IMG/VR virus record: IMGVR_UViG_3300009788_000107
Span: 1 to 63,572 of that record
Origin: a virus
Lineage: Duplodnaviria; Caudoviricetes
DNA: 63,572 bases
Direction: 5' to 3' (one strand)
Part shown: positions 1 through 9,403 of the stretch, piece by piece
How positions within the stretch are numbered: the stretch's first letter is position 1
How the letters are laid out: every line of letters starts with the position of its first letter
Made by a program: the position numbers and the translations under genes
Notes under the pieces: model-generated
The model's database searches: none
What the model was told of the DNA's origin: nothing
What the model saw: the letters and a program-made list of their open reading frames with translations, nothing else

Positions 1-393
1 CCCCCTCCCAGACTTCCCCGCCCGCTCGCGTGCTGTCTTGTTTTGGTGACACCTTCGGCACAAGCTCTGCCTGTTCAGCTTCGCCCGGCGAAGTTTCTCG
101 TTCCCTCTCCACGGTTCGACGTGGTCGCAGTCAGTCGCAGGGGTGATCCGCCCTTGCTCGACACACAGGCTGTTATGGGGATCCGGGATCCGCTCATCGC
201 GATCGCCGCATAGGGGATACCGCCTCAGGTGTCGCTTCGCTGTGCGTTTCCACCAGGCATCGTAGCCCCTGGTGTGTGCGCTCGAGCGTCCGGCTCGAGG
301 GGATCGGCCTTCGGACCGGCATCGGTCACAGAACGGCGTCCCGCTCCCGTTGCATCCTGGGGTCGGACACTGTCGCTTCAGGGCTTCCGGCAT
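1..393 (-). CDS. HK97 gp74-like packaging HNH endonuclease (runs off the left end; not in ORF track)
   Basis: Manual translation from ATG at 393: MPEALKRQCPTPGC...SSAHTRGYDAWWKR...PLC...ATDCDHVEPWRG...NRQSLCRRCHQNKTARE...GRG. The RGY..W, DH and N..SLC..CH..KT motifs are typical of cos-associated HNH proteins. No stop before base 1. Confidence 0.85.
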   Translation of the reverse strand, partial: MPEALKRQCPTPGCNGSGTPFCDRCRSEGRSPRAGRSSAHTRGYDAWWKRTAKRHLRRYPLCGDRDERIPDPHNSLCVEQGRITPATDCDHVEPWRGNEKLRRAKLNRQSLCRRCHQNKTARERAGKSGRG

Positions 394-574
394 GGCTCGG
401 GGGATCAGGATCGGCCATCCGGATCGGAGGGGACGGCGATCAAGGGGATGAGCTGTCCGAGGGCTATCGCTCTGACCTGGAGAGGACGGCGCGAGGGAGG
501 AGGGATCTTGTCTGGGTTCGGCTCTCGCTTTGGCTCGTCTGTTACTGGAGGGGATCCCTCCACAGGGATCGGCA

Positions 575-1219
575 CTAGGGATCGGCCTCCTCTGAGGGGG
601 ATAGGCCGGAGATCTCCTCGAACAGCTGGTGAATCTCGACGCTCGCCTGGTGTGTGATCGACGCACCATGAGCATCGCCCTTATCCTTCAACCTGGTAGC
701 AGCATCGAACAGGGAATGACTAGCCTTCTCCAAACCGAGAGCGATACTCTTCAGAACAGCTCCTGCCTCCTGGCCTTGTGTGTGTCCCCCTCTCAGGTAG
801 GCGTCGAGGCGTACCGCGATGTGGTCCTGTGCGTGTGTGAGCCAGAGCCAGGCGAGGCGCTGGTCGGCCTGTGGTATCTCATGCGCGTCGGTCACGTCGA
901 CAGGTACCACACGCCGACGCTGGTCCCTGAGGAAGTCGAGCGCCGCTGTGTACTGTGTGGCTATGCCCTCGGCCCGATCTTTTATATTGTCCATCGCCAG
1001 CCGCCGCCGCTCGAGAGGAGAACAATCGGCGCAACCTGGACACAGTCGAACCGATCCAGGCGCGCTACCTGGGATTTTCCCGCTCCCGTCGCATAGGGGG
1101 AGGCCTTCAGCGAGGCGCTTCGCTGTGATCGCATCCTTCGCGAACGTAACACGGGATCGGCCGATTGGCTCGGCCGCTGGCTCCAGGTCGGCATCTATTC
1201 GATCTGATAGGTCGCTCAT
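575..1219 (-). CDS. hypothetical phage protein (CxxCxxC motif)
   Basis: 214-aa ORF with GGAGG RBS and protein-like composition, on the same strand as its neighbours. Confidence 0.65.
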   Translation of the reverse strand: MSDLSDRIDADLEPAAEPIGRSRVTFAKDAITAKRLAEGLPLCDGSGKIPGSAPGSVRLCPGCADCSPLERRRLAMDNIKDRAEGIATQYTAALDFLRDQRRRVVPVDVTDAHEIPQADQRLAWLWLTHAQDHIAVRLDAYLRGGHTQGQEAGAVLKSIALGLEKASHSLFDAATRLKDKGDAHGASITHQASVEIHQLFEEISGLSPSEEADP

Positions 1220-1411
1220 AGGAAAGGTCCTCCGTCCGTACGATCGTACCGCTATGGGAGGCGCGCCGTCGATGCCCTCAAAGGTTGCGAGGCCTCAACT
1301 TATTCGAGGATTCTATCGAGGAACTGTTCCCACCGTGAAGGGAACACAGCGCGGCGAATCCAGTAATACATATCAGTTCGACACCTACCGGCCAGCCAGT
1401 AGCGAAGGCGT

Positions 1412-1699
1412 TCACTCATTCGTGATCCGGATCTGCAGAACCGCGTCTTCCTCGAGGCCGGTCGCCGTGGTTATGTGAACCTCGATATCGTGACAGACGC
1501 CGACAACTCCCTTCGCCGGAAGTCTCACACTGGCCGAGGTCGTGGTGAAGCTCTCCGACACGAGAGGACCGATCGCGGCCGGGATCGTCCACACAGCGGC
1601 GGCGATCGTGTCGCTCCCACGCTTGGCGAGCCATCTCGCCCAGTTGATCGTATGCAGTGAGATCGAGTCTGGGTCCTTCCGCTGTGAACCGACTCTCAT
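1412..1699 (-). CDS. putative fibre adaptor / small virion structural protein
   Basis: N-terminal KDPDS...INWARWL motif and beta-rich C-terminus resemble small phage proteins found next to fibre genes. Confidence 0.55.
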   Translation of the reverse strand: MRVGSQRKDPDSISLHTINWARWLAKRGSDTIAAAVWTIPAAIGPLVSESFTTTSASVRLPAKGVVGVCHDIEVHITTATGLEEDAVLQIRITNE

Positions 1700-1715
1700 C
1701 AGGGATCCCCCTTTT

Positions 1716-2171
1716 CTACGCGTTCACTATCCATCGGAAGACGTCAGAATCGGACGCCCTTCCATCAGAACAAGTCAGGCTCGGTGAAAACGGCGAACTG
1801 TCAGCAGATGAGCTAGTGATCTCGCCTGAGATTAGCCCCGTTCCCGAATCTTGCTGAAGTCCTCTCGGTAGACCGGACGCGCTGAATGTGACCGTGTCAT
1901 CTTCGTCGGGATCGACGCAGCGAACGAGGAGCGAGACCTGGTCACCCGCGTCGTTCGTTTGGTCGGGCGGAATAATCAGGACCGGGCGTCGATTCTGGCT
2001 GTCGCTATCGTCGTCGCCCTTGTCGCCGCTGTGATCATCGTGGTCGTTGATCACGGTCGTGTTGACTTCGACGTCAATCTCGATTGGATCCGGTCCAATA
2101 GGGATCGCCTCTTCACAGCCAACGGCAAACACCGCCAGGACGACGATCGTGACGTACGTTCGTGTTTTCAT
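1716..2171 (-). CDS. lipoprotein with putative Ig (He_PIG/cadherin-like) domain
   Basis: Signal peptide ending in lipobox LAVFAVGC. NRRPVL...DPDED.TVTFSASGLPRGLQQDSGTGLISG is a He_PIG-type signature. Confidence 0.75.
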   Translation of the reverse strand: MKTRTYVTIVVLAVFAVGCEEAIPIGPDPIEIDVEVNTTVINDHDDHSGDKGDDDSDSQNRRPVLIIPPDQTNDAGDQVSLLVRCVDPDEDDTVTFSASGLPRGLQQDSGTGLISGEITSSSADSSPFSPSLTCSDGRASDSDVFRWIVNA

Positions 2172-2205
2172 CTTCTTCTCCCTTTCTTGTTTTTAGAACT
2201 CTATA

Positions 2206-4683
2206 TCATCCGTTTCTCGGGACGACTCGCACCGGATCCAGCGCTGGAACGTTCGCGACCGGGTCTCTCGCTGGAACATCCGAACTCGGCGGCGTTTCGA
2301 TGAGCGCCTGGCCCGACTGTCCGGTCGCCGCCGCGATCGCGACGCCCGCTGAAGCCATCACAGCGGCGTGAGTCGAGATCCCGACTCCAGAGACCGTCGC
2401 GAGTCCGACAGAAGACGCCGCCGAGCCCGAGAGGAGCGCCTGGCCGACACCGGAGACAGAGGCGACGCCATTCGACGCCGCGACCGCATGTCGGCCCGTT
2501 TCGCCGTCTCCAGCGTTTACTGAGACGCCGTTCGCGTTCGCGACACCCGCGTGAGTCGATCGCCCGATGCCGGAGTTCACCGAGACGCCCGCGCTTGACC
2601 CGACGCCCGCTCGGATGCTCGCCCCGACCCCTGAGACAGCTCCGACGCCGCTCGAGGACCCCACGCCAGCGACGATGGCCTCGCCGACGCCGGATCCGAC
2701 GCCAGCGCCCGCTGAGGACGCGATCGCGGCGTGAGTAGACCTCCCGACCCCTGTTCCGACTCCCGAGCCGCTCGCGGAGGCGACAGCCGCCGCTGTCGAA
2801 CGTCCGACACCCGATCCGACCCCGACTCCGGCCGAACTCATCGCGGCCGAGTGAATCGAGCGCCCGACACCGCTCACAGCGGCGACGCCGTCCGAGGACC
2901 CAACTCCGGCGACGACTTCCTTCGCCTCACCGACCCCGAGGACCGTCGCGAGGCCCGCTGAAGCGCCGACCGCATGGATCCCGGTCTCACCGTCCGCTGA
3001 GGCCGTCGCGACGCCTGAGGAGGCGGCGACCGCCGCGTGAGTCGACCTCCCGGCCCCTAAGACGGCCGCGACGCCGTCAGAGGACGCGACAGCCGCCCGT
3101 ATCGACGCGCCGACGCCGGAGACCGCTCCCGCGCCGTTCGAGGAGCCGACCGCATGTCTCCCGGTCTCCCCGATCCCGGTGACGACCGCGACACCGTCTG
3201 AGGAGCCGTCTCCGGCCGCTGTGGAGATTCCGACGCCGGTCGCCGTCCCGATACCATCAGAGGAGCCGTCTCCGGCGACACGAGGCGCGCCGACGCCGAA
3301 AGCGACCCCTTCCCCGGCCGCTGACGCGACAGCGGCGTGAGTGGACCGGCCGACCCCGTCGTTCGAGGAGACGCCAGCGCTCGACGCGGTCGCTGAGACG
3401 ATCTGAACGGCGACACCGACACCAGAGACCGCCGCCGAGCCGTCCGAAGAGCCGACGCCGTTCCAGATCGCGTTCCCGACCCCTGTCGCGACACCAGCAC
3501 CGTTCGAGGCTCCGACAGCCCCATAAGTCGACCGCCCGACGCCTGAGGCGACACCAGCGCCCGCTGAAGCGCCGACAGCGTGTCTCCCGGTCTCGCCGAC
3601 CCCTGAGACCGACGCGACACCGTTCGAGACCGCCTCGGAGCCTGAGAGCGCCTCACCGACACCAGAGACAGTCGCAACGCCCGCTGAAGCGGCGACCGCG
3701 TGTCGTCCAGTCTCTCCGTCGCCCGAAACAGCCGCGACACCGTCCGAGGAGGCGTCGGCCGCGTGAGTTAATCGGCCGACCCCGTCGTTCGTCGAAACCC
3801 CGTCGCTCGACGCGTCTCCGGCGTGTGTCGACCTCCCGACGCCAGTTCCGACAGCTACGCCGACCGAGGACCCGGCCCCGCCTCGGATACTGGCTCCGAC
3901 GCCAGCGTTCGCCGAGACGCCAGCAGAGGAGGCGACCGCCGCATGAGTCGAGCGCCCGATTCCGGTCGCGACACCAGCGCCAGCGGAAGCAGCGTCGGCC
4001 GCGTGAGTCGAGATCCCGACTCCAAGCGCGACGCCTTCGCCGTCTGAAGAGCCGACCGCGTGTCGACCTGTCTCACCGACACCTGTAGCTGTGCCGACGC
4101 CGTCTGAGGAGCCGTCCCCCGCTCGAACGCTTGCGCCAACTCCGTTGACCGCCGCGACGCCGTCTGATGACGCGACCGCGAGTCGACCCGCTTCACCGTC
4201 CCCTGAGACGGTCGCGACCCCATCTGAAGAGAAGTCTGCCGCCGCTGTCGAGATCCCGACGCCGGTCCCGACTCCAGCCCCCGCGCTGGCGGCGGCGGCG
4301 GCGTGTGTGGAGATCCCGATACCGTCTGTCGTCGCGGCTCCGGCCGAGGACCCGACTCCGGACCTGATACTGGCTCCAACGCCAGCGTTCGCGGAGACAC
4401 CAGCACTCGCCGCGACCGCTGCATGAGTCGATCGGCCGATTCCGGTCGCGACACTAGTGCCAACGCTGGAGGCGGTCGCCGCGTGAGTTGAGATCCCAAT
4501 CGACGCCACCACAGCGACGCCAGCGGCGCTCGCGACAGCGGCGACGATCGATCGGCCGACACCTGTCCCGACTCCGGCTCCAGCCGACGACATCGCGCCG
4601 GACTGAATGTCGGGACCGCCGAAGAGCTGGAGAGGGAGTCCAGTCTTCGGCCCGAACGGTTGACCGCGTCCGAAGATCGCCAT
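2206..4683 (-). CDS. Gly/Ala/Ser/Val-rich 20-aa-repeat protein, putative virion fibre
   Basis: 825 aa with roughly 37 imperfect 20-aa repeats such as GIGRSTHAAVAASAGVSANA. Confidence 0.8.
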   Translation of the reverse strand: MAIFGRGQPFGPKTGLPLQLFGGPDIQSGAMSSAGAGVGTGVGRSIVAAVASAAGVAVVASIGISTHAATASSVGTSVATGIGRSTHAAVAASAGVSANAGVGASIRSGVGSSAGAATTDGIGISTHAAAAASAGAGVGTGVGISTAAADFSSDGVATVSGDGEAGRLAVASSDGVAAVNGVGASVRAGDGSSDGVGTATGVGETGRHAVGSSDGEGVALGVGISTHAADAASAGAGVATGIGRSTHAAVASSAGVSANAGVGASIRGGAGSSVGVAVGTGVGRSTHAGDASSDGVSTNDGVGRLTHAADASSDGVAAVSGDGETGRHAVAASAGVATVSGVGEALSGSEAVSNGVASVSGVGETGRHAVGASAGAGVASGVGRSTYGAVGASNGAGVATGVGNAIWNGVGSSDGSAAVSGVGVAVQIVSATASSAGVSSNDGVGRSTHAAVASAAGEGVAFGVGAPRVAGDGSSDGIGTATGVGISTAAGDGSSDGVAVVTGIGETGRHAVGSSNGAGAVSGVGASIRAAVASSDGVAAVLGAGRSTHAAVAASSGVATASADGETGIHAVGASAGLATVLGVGEAKEVVAGVGSSDGVAAVSGVGRSIHSAAMSSAGVGVGSGVGRSTAAAVASASGSGVGTGVGRSTHAAIASSAGAGVGSGVGEAIVAGVGSSSGVGAVSGVGASIRAGVGSSAGVSVNSGIGRSTHAGVANANGVSVNAGDGETGRHAVAASNGVASVSGVGQALLSGSAASSVGLATVSGVGISTHAAVMASAGVAIAAATGQSGQALIETPPSSDVPARDPVANVPALDPVRVVPRNG
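2330..4570. repeat. degenerate 60-bp coding tandem repeat
   Basis: 60-nt periodicity is visible as column alignment in lines 3781-4561 (e.g. gcgtgagtcg/gcatgagtcg recurring in the same register). Confidence 0.85.
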
Positions 4684-4697
4684 TCGCTACTCGATGA

Positions 4698-5204
4698 TCA
4701 GATGTTGATGATCACGTAACAGACGACGTTCACCGCCGCCGCGAACGTGTTCCGGATCCGGAGGTTGGTATCGTGATCCACCTTCGGCCGCTCGCCCAGA
4801 GGCCACTGTTTGACGTACTGATTGAGGCCCATGATGTACTGCTGGTCGAAACGGCGAACCGCCGTGACGGTTCCCTCCGCTGTCGCGGTGAATCCGGTCG
4901 CCGCCGTTCCGAGTGTGACGCGAAGCTCGGTGTCGACCGCTTCCGCGTCGGGGTCGCCGGTCTTGTTGATCCCCGACGCCACATGGGCTGTGACCGTTGC
5001 GTTGATCGCGCCGGTATCGATCAGCTCGACCGCGCCGGGAGCCGCGAGCGCGGAGAGATCACCCGACCATCCCCACTCGACGACCTCGAACTTCTTCGAG
5101 GCCTGGACCTGGAGCATCGTCCGAAGGGACGTCGTTGAGTCGACGCCGGGGATCGCGATCGTCGGGTTTGCCGCGCCATTGAAAATCGTTAGCCGTTGTC
5201 CCAT
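4698..5204 (-). CDS. hypothetical virion structural protein
   Basis: 168 aa, Thr/Ala/Gly-rich and beta-strand-like, inside the fibre-like cluster; good RBS. Confidence 0.6.
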   Translation of the reverse strand: MGQRLTIFNGAANPTIAIPGVDSTTSLRTMLQVQASKKFEVVEWGWSGDLSALAAPGAVELIDTGAINATVTAHVASGINKTGDPDAEAVDTELRVTLGTAATGFTATAEGTVTAVRRFDQQYIMGLNQYVKQWPLGERPKVDHDTNLRIRNTFAAAVNVVCYVIINI

Positions 5205-5257
5205 TCCTCACTCCTTCTCTAACCTCCTTTCGTCCGTCCGTGAGGCGCGTATGGTTG

Positions 5258-6472
5258 TTAGAAGTAGCTCGCCCTCTTCACCGCCTGGTTTAGTTGCGCC
5301 GACCGGATCGGAAAAGCAGAGGGCGGGGCCGGAGTGTAGTCGACCATCGCCCACACCGCCGTAATAAAAAAGTCGCGACCGGCGCCGCTCGTCACCCGGT
5401 TGCCGCCGATCTGCCAGATGTTGATATTCGCGAAAGTTTCAGAGGCAGGTGTGGCCCCGTAGGCGCGAGAAGTGGCGGGGCCGTGTATCTGGTAGGCCAC
5501 CGCGAGAGAACCATCGACCTGTATCTCGTTATCGATCGAGTTCCGTCGGTCGATCGAGTTCATGGTTTTTCCGGACCCGTTGGTGCGATTAGCTGAGAAG
5601 ATGATCGCCGCAGCGTTAATCGTGTCGGAGGCCCCGATGGTCTCGGAACCATGCCCCGCTTGAGCTGCATCGAAGTCCTCGATGTCCGCCGTCTGTCGAG
5701 TATTCGCCCCCGTATCTGACGCGTCCGCTTCGGTCGTGGCCCCATCCGGTGGAGTGTCGTCCCATAAGGGACCAACGTCGGACCCGCTGGATTTATTCCA
5801 CGCGTCGTAGGTAGGGGTTCCCCCTGTAATCGGCTGGCGCACGATGCACTGACCGGCTCCGAAAAAGACGCTGCCGGGGGCATCGCCAGAGATGACATCA
5901 TCAAAGAAGAAGTCGACGCCCTGACCGTTACGATCAGCGACCTTCCCCAAGCGACACGCCCCCAGTGATGCGCTAGCGCCAAACGCCGCCTCGATATTGG
6001 TGTGCTCAGCCGCGCCATCTATTTCAACGGACACCTGGTCGTCGCTCCCGGCCCCTGCGTTTAAGTCGAACTTCACGTCAAGGCGATACCACTGGTCGAG
6101 GCTAAGAACCGTCGTGCCGCTCGCCTGGAGCGCTCCGCCAGTCGGGAGATACACGTTGATCTGCCCTGCGCTGTCTTGGCGCAGTTCAAATAACTCGGTC
6201 CCGCTGGAGCTAAGTGCGACGAAGAACGGCTCATCGTTGGCAGATGGGCGTGCCGCGACTAGAAAATAGAACCGCCAAAACTGGACCGTACCGCCTCCCG
6301 CCGCTTGTTCCGCGAGGTCAACGAACCCGGTCCCGGTCGTCGTCGGGTTGGTGCGGAGGGAGAACGCCCCGGTGCGGAAGGTGCTGGACGAGACCTCAAC
6401 AGTCCCCGTCGAGGATTCAACCTCGCCGAGATCGCCTGTCTCGAACCCGGTCAGTATATTAACGTCTGACAT
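5258..6472 (-). CDS. putative lectin/concanavalin-A-like virion protein
   Basis: GFETGD...RTGAFSLR...LSLDQWYRLDVKF...FFFDDV pattern is typical of ConA/LamG-like beta-sandwich domains. Confidence 0.6.
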   Translation of the reverse strand: MSDVNILTGFETGDLGEVESSTGTVEVSSSTFRTGAFSLRTNPTTTGTGFVDLAEQAAGGGTVQFWRFYFLVAARPSANDEPFFVALSSSGTELFELRQDSAGQINVYLPTGGALQASGTTVLSLDQWYRLDVKFDLNAGAGSDDQVSVEIDGAAEHTNIEAAFGASASLGACRLGKVADRNGQGVDFFFDDVISGDAPGSVFFGAGQCIVRQPITGGTPTYDAWNKSSGSDVGPLWDDTPPDGATTEADASDTGANTRQTADIEDFDAAQAGHGSETIGASDTINAAAIIFSANRTNGSGKTMNSIDRRNSIDNEIQVDGSLAVAYQIHGPATSRAYGATPASETFANINIWQIGGNRVTSGAGRDFFITAVWAMVDYTPAPPSAFPIRSAQLNQAVKRASYF

Positions 6473-6482
6473 CAGTCGCCTC

Positions 6483-6809
6483 TCACGGGATCGGGCTATT
6501 GCTGATGGTGACGTCGATCAGAAAAGGGTTTTTGCTGCGGACGTGACTCTTGGCGTAGGCCTCCCAGACGCGTTGCCCGTTCAGGGGATCGTCGGGGATG
6601 GCGACCACAACCGACAAGCGGTCCTGGAGCCATTGGTCGACCCATACCTCAATCTCGGATAGCGTCCCATTCCGGACGCTTCCGGGGACATCGAGCCGGT
6701 CGAGCGTGACGATTTGCGGCCGGAGTGCTGTCGGATGCGGATGGGAAAACTCGATCCGGAGGCCGGTCCCGTCTGGGTTCAGCGGCCCGATCTTCCGATA
6801 CAACGGCAC
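6483..6809 (-). CDS. hypothetical protein
   Basis: Likely start is GTG at 6809 (MPLYRKIG...). The longer ORF-track version overlaps the upstream gene. Confidence 0.5.
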   Translation of the reverse strand: MPLYRKIGPLNPDGTGLRIEFSHPHPTALRPQIVTLDRLDVPGSVRNGTLSEIEVWVDQWLQDRLSVVVAIPDDPLNGQRVWEAYAKSHVRSKNPFLIDVTISNSPIP

Positions 6810-6819
6810 GGTTTCTGCC

Positions 6820-7077
6820 CTACCGCCCGAGGACCTTCCGTCGCGCCTCGAGCTGTGCAGCCTTGATGATCTCGGGGTCGGTTTCGCCCTCCGCAACACA
6901 CTTCTTGACCGCGTCGACCATCGCTTCCTCGACGATCTTCGCGAGGGGACTGGATCCGGTCGCGGCGCGGCCAACTGCGACGCCGGTCGCCGCGACGATC
7001 CGAGGCTTCCCTTCCCCGTCGATCTTCAGTACGCCGACGTCGTCCTTCGTGATCGTTTGCTTCTCACGTTTCGTCAT
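6820..7077 (-). CDS. hypothetical protein
   Basis: 85-aa ORF in a tightly packed operon. Confidence 0.6.
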   Translation of the reverse strand: MTKREKQTITKDDVGVLKIDGEGKPRIVAATGVAVGRAATGSSPLAKIVEEAMVDAVKKCVAEGETDPEIIKAAQLEARRKVLGR

Positions 7078-7381
7078 GATGATCTCGCTCCCACTGTTTC
7101 TGATCAGGGTCGACGGCTTCCGCGCCCGTGACCTGGATCTTCATACCGAGACCGCCGTCGCGCTCGGTCCCCCTCAGCTCTTCGACCCGACGCTCGCACG
7201 CCTGGAGAACCAGCGGCCGACACAGGCCCGCGAGTTCCGCCCGTTGTGCGCGAATCGCGCCGTCGACCGTCTCCGTATGTCGAAGGCCGATCATGATCTG
7301 GAGGACGCTGTTCCGCCTCATGATCGTGACCTGTTCCTCCCAGGTCACAGCGCGACGCGGCGTCGGGTCGAAGTGTGCCAC
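7064..7381 (-). CDS. hypothetical protein
   Basis: 105-aa ORF filling the gap between neighbours. Confidence 0.5.
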   Translation of the reverse strand: MAHFDPTPRRAVTWEEQVTIMRRNSVLQIMIGLRHTETVDGAIRAQRAELAGLCRPLVLQACERRVEELRGTERDGGLGMKIQVTGAEAVDPDQKQWERDHHDET

Positions 7382-7384
7382 GGT

Positions 7385-7400
7385 TCCTAGGTACCTAGGC
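7385..7400. promoter_or_regulatory. palindromic motif copy 1 (TCCTAGGTACCTAGGC)
   Basis: Matches consensus TYCYAGGTACCTRGRA also seen at 20268 and 54634; lies at a gene boundary. Confidence 0.5.
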
Positions 7401-7823
7401 CTCGGTGATCGTCGACGCGGTCGTGAGTCGCGGTGTCACGCCGGACGAGACGACAATGTTCGGCGTGACCGTCCCGTGATAGAACGAGACGCCCGCTGTC
7501 GTGAGGAGCTTCCCGCAGATGAAATGCGTCTCGGTTTCCCCGCCGCCTGTCGCCTCGGTAAAGTCGATATTCGCGGCCGGTGAGGTTGAGCCGCCCGACG
7601 CCGCCGCCCAGCCAGCCGGACGAGCGACCGCTTGGCGAGCGTAGGACGTGTACGCGGCTTCGCTCGTGATCTGTGTTCCGGCATCGCCAGGGTCCGCCGT
7701 GTGTAGCGACACATGAATATCGGTGTTCGGCGACGCCGCCGCGTTGTCCCAGATGTTCGCGAGCGCAACGGCGCGAAACAGAATGTCGAGTACGGAGTTT
7801 TCGTAGGTATCGGATTTGCTCAT
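7395..7823 (-). CDS. phage fibre-associated structural protein
   Basis: ENSVLDILF...HVSLHTADPGDAG...EAAYTSYARQAV...IDFTEATGG motif, a widespread small phage structural family. Confidence 0.75.
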   Translation of the reverse strand: MSKSDTYENSVLDILFRAVALANIWDNAAASPNTDIHVSLHTADPGDAGTQITSEAAYTSYARQAVARPAGWAAASGGSTSPAANIDFTEATGGGETETHFICGKLLTTAGVSFYHGTVTPNIVVSSGVTPRLTTASTITEA

Positions 7824-7984
7824 GGCGCTATCCCTCTCTTGGAGCGGGTGAACGGGGAGAGAGATCGAGGGGAGGGGTCGAGCGGATCGAGCGCCTCTGT
7901 GTTCACCGTCGCGAACCCTCTAGTCGATTCTCGGGTTTCCGATCTCCGTCCGCAACGTCCGTCCTACATCGCCCACTATACCGA

Positions 7985-8431
7985 TCAGGAGAGCTTCGCG
8001 CCAGGTGGGAGGACGAGGTTCGGCCTCGCGATCGCCGACCCCCTCAGCCGTTCGAGCTGTGCCGCCTTCTCGGCTTCGGTCTGATCCCGAACCGTCACTG
8101 TGAGGATTGACGTCTCGCCGTTCAGGTTCATGAACACCCGCTCGTCCCCGTCGATCCCCTTCATCGTCTCGGCCGGGACGACGAGCCGCTTCAGCTCCGG
8201 AGGCGGCGTATCGCCCTCGGCGACCTCGCCCTGGTCGACGACCTCGCCGACCCCCCGAACGAGTCCCGCGATCGCGATGATACTGTGCCGCTTCCACTCC
8301 AAGAGTTCCGAGAATTGAGCCTGAAGGTTGTCGAAGCGCGCCTTCAGTCCCGCCTGGCTCTCGGGGTGAATCCCCATCACGATCGGTGGTCCCTTCCCGC
8401 CGCCTCGTCCGTTCCACGGTCCGCCCATCAC
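7985..8431 (-). CDS. hypothetical protein
   Basis: 148 aa, start overlaps the stop of the upstream ORF. Confidence 0.6.
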   Translation of the reverse strand: MMGGPWNGRGGGKGPPIVMGIHPESQAGLKARFDNLQAQFSELLEWKRHSIIAIAGLVRGVGEVVDQGEVAEGDTPPPELKRLVVPAETMKGIDGDERVFMNLNGETSILTVTVRDQTEAEKAAQLERLRGSAIARPNLVLPPGAKLS

Positions 8432-8730
8432 TTCCCCCTCTTCGCTCGCTCGAGTGTCTTCGCCGGATACGCGTCGCCCTCGCGTTGCCTTAGCCGCTCT
8501 TCCTGAACCAGCGCGACCGCCGCCGCCGCGCCGTACTCCCCGAACGCGTGCGCCGCGAGCATTAGCGCGGCCTGTAGCGAGCCGAGTCGCTTGGTCTCCG
8601 GTAGACCTCGGATGATCGTTTGCGCGAACCCGATGATCTCCTTCTCGGTCGCGTCGTCGGCGACCTTCGTGATCCGCGCTCGGAACTCCGCTGTCGCTCC
8701 CTTCATGCCCGCCTTGATTGTACCTCCCAT
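8428..8730 (-). CDS. hypothetical protein
   Basis: 100 aa, operonic packing. Confidence 0.55.
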   Translation of the reverse strand: MGGTIKAGMKGATAEFRARITKVADDATEKEIIGFAQTIIRGLPETKRLGSLQAALMLAAHAFGEYGAAAAVALVQEERLRQREGDAYPAKTLERAKRGK

Positions 8731-8732
8731 TA

Positions 8733-9023
8733 TTAGTCTCGCTTCTCCTCGTTTACTGTCATCGCCTGGTCGACGACGTCGACGCGGTCGAGCGCCAGGC
8801 TGAGGCCGTCCGCTGTGTAGATCGCGAAGTGATCAAGGTGGCGATACGAACGAACGACCCCTATCGCATCCGTCGCGATCTGGCTCACGTTGCGGACCTG
8901 GCTTTTTAGATCCATGCGAGCCTCCCGCTCACGAGACCATGTTTCGAGATTGTGTTCCGCTTCCCTCTTTGCGACCGCGAGCTTCGAGCGAAGCGACCGG
9001 ACTTCCTTCGAGACTCTCCTCAT
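8733..9023 (-). CDS. hypothetical protein
   Basis: 96 aa, ATGA overlap with the upstream gene. Confidence 0.55.
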   Translation of the reverse strand: MRRVSKEVRSLRSKLAVAKREAEHNLETWSREREARMDLKSQVRNVSQIATDAIGVVRSYRHLDHFAIYTADGLSLALDRVDVVDQAMTVNEEKRD

Positions 9024-9403
9024 TCTGGATTCTCCTCGGCCGTCGCCGCGAGCGCGACCTGTGTGTCTTCGAGGGTCTTCACCTTCGCGAGCGCGAGCGC
9101 GTGAATCCCCGTCGCCCTGTCGATCCCCTGGAGAGCCGTCGCGACCTCAGCCTGAGCCGCCTCGATCATTTCGCCGAGCTTCTTCTCGAACGCGACCGCG
9201 CTCCGTTTCTTGATCGTCTTCGGTGTCTTCGCCGCCGCCGCCGCTGTCGTTGCCTTTGGTCCCATTGCGTCCTCGTCTTCCTTCCAGCCCATCGTACAAG
9301 CGAGACAGTCCCCGCCAACCGCCGCCAGATGTGACGGCCTTCCACACTTCACACAGATCGCCATCGGTCCGTCGAGGCCGACGCTCACGACCTCAGTATT
9401 CAT
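9020..9403 (-). CDS. hypothetical protein (N-terminal CxxC...CxxC)
   Basis: 127 aa, operonic; the true start may be internal. Confidence 0.5.
   Translation of the reverse strand: MNTEVVSVGLDGPMAICVKCGRPSHLAAVGGDCLACTMGWKEDEDAMGPKATTAAAAAKTPKTIKKRSAVAFEKKLGEMIEAAQAEVATALQGIDRATGIHALALAKVKTLEDTQVALAATAEENPE

Noticed and set aside
2330-4570. 60-bp periodic region as a CRISPR array
   Set aside because: The repeats are degenerate at synonymous positions, lack a repeat-spacer structure and lie in one open frame.
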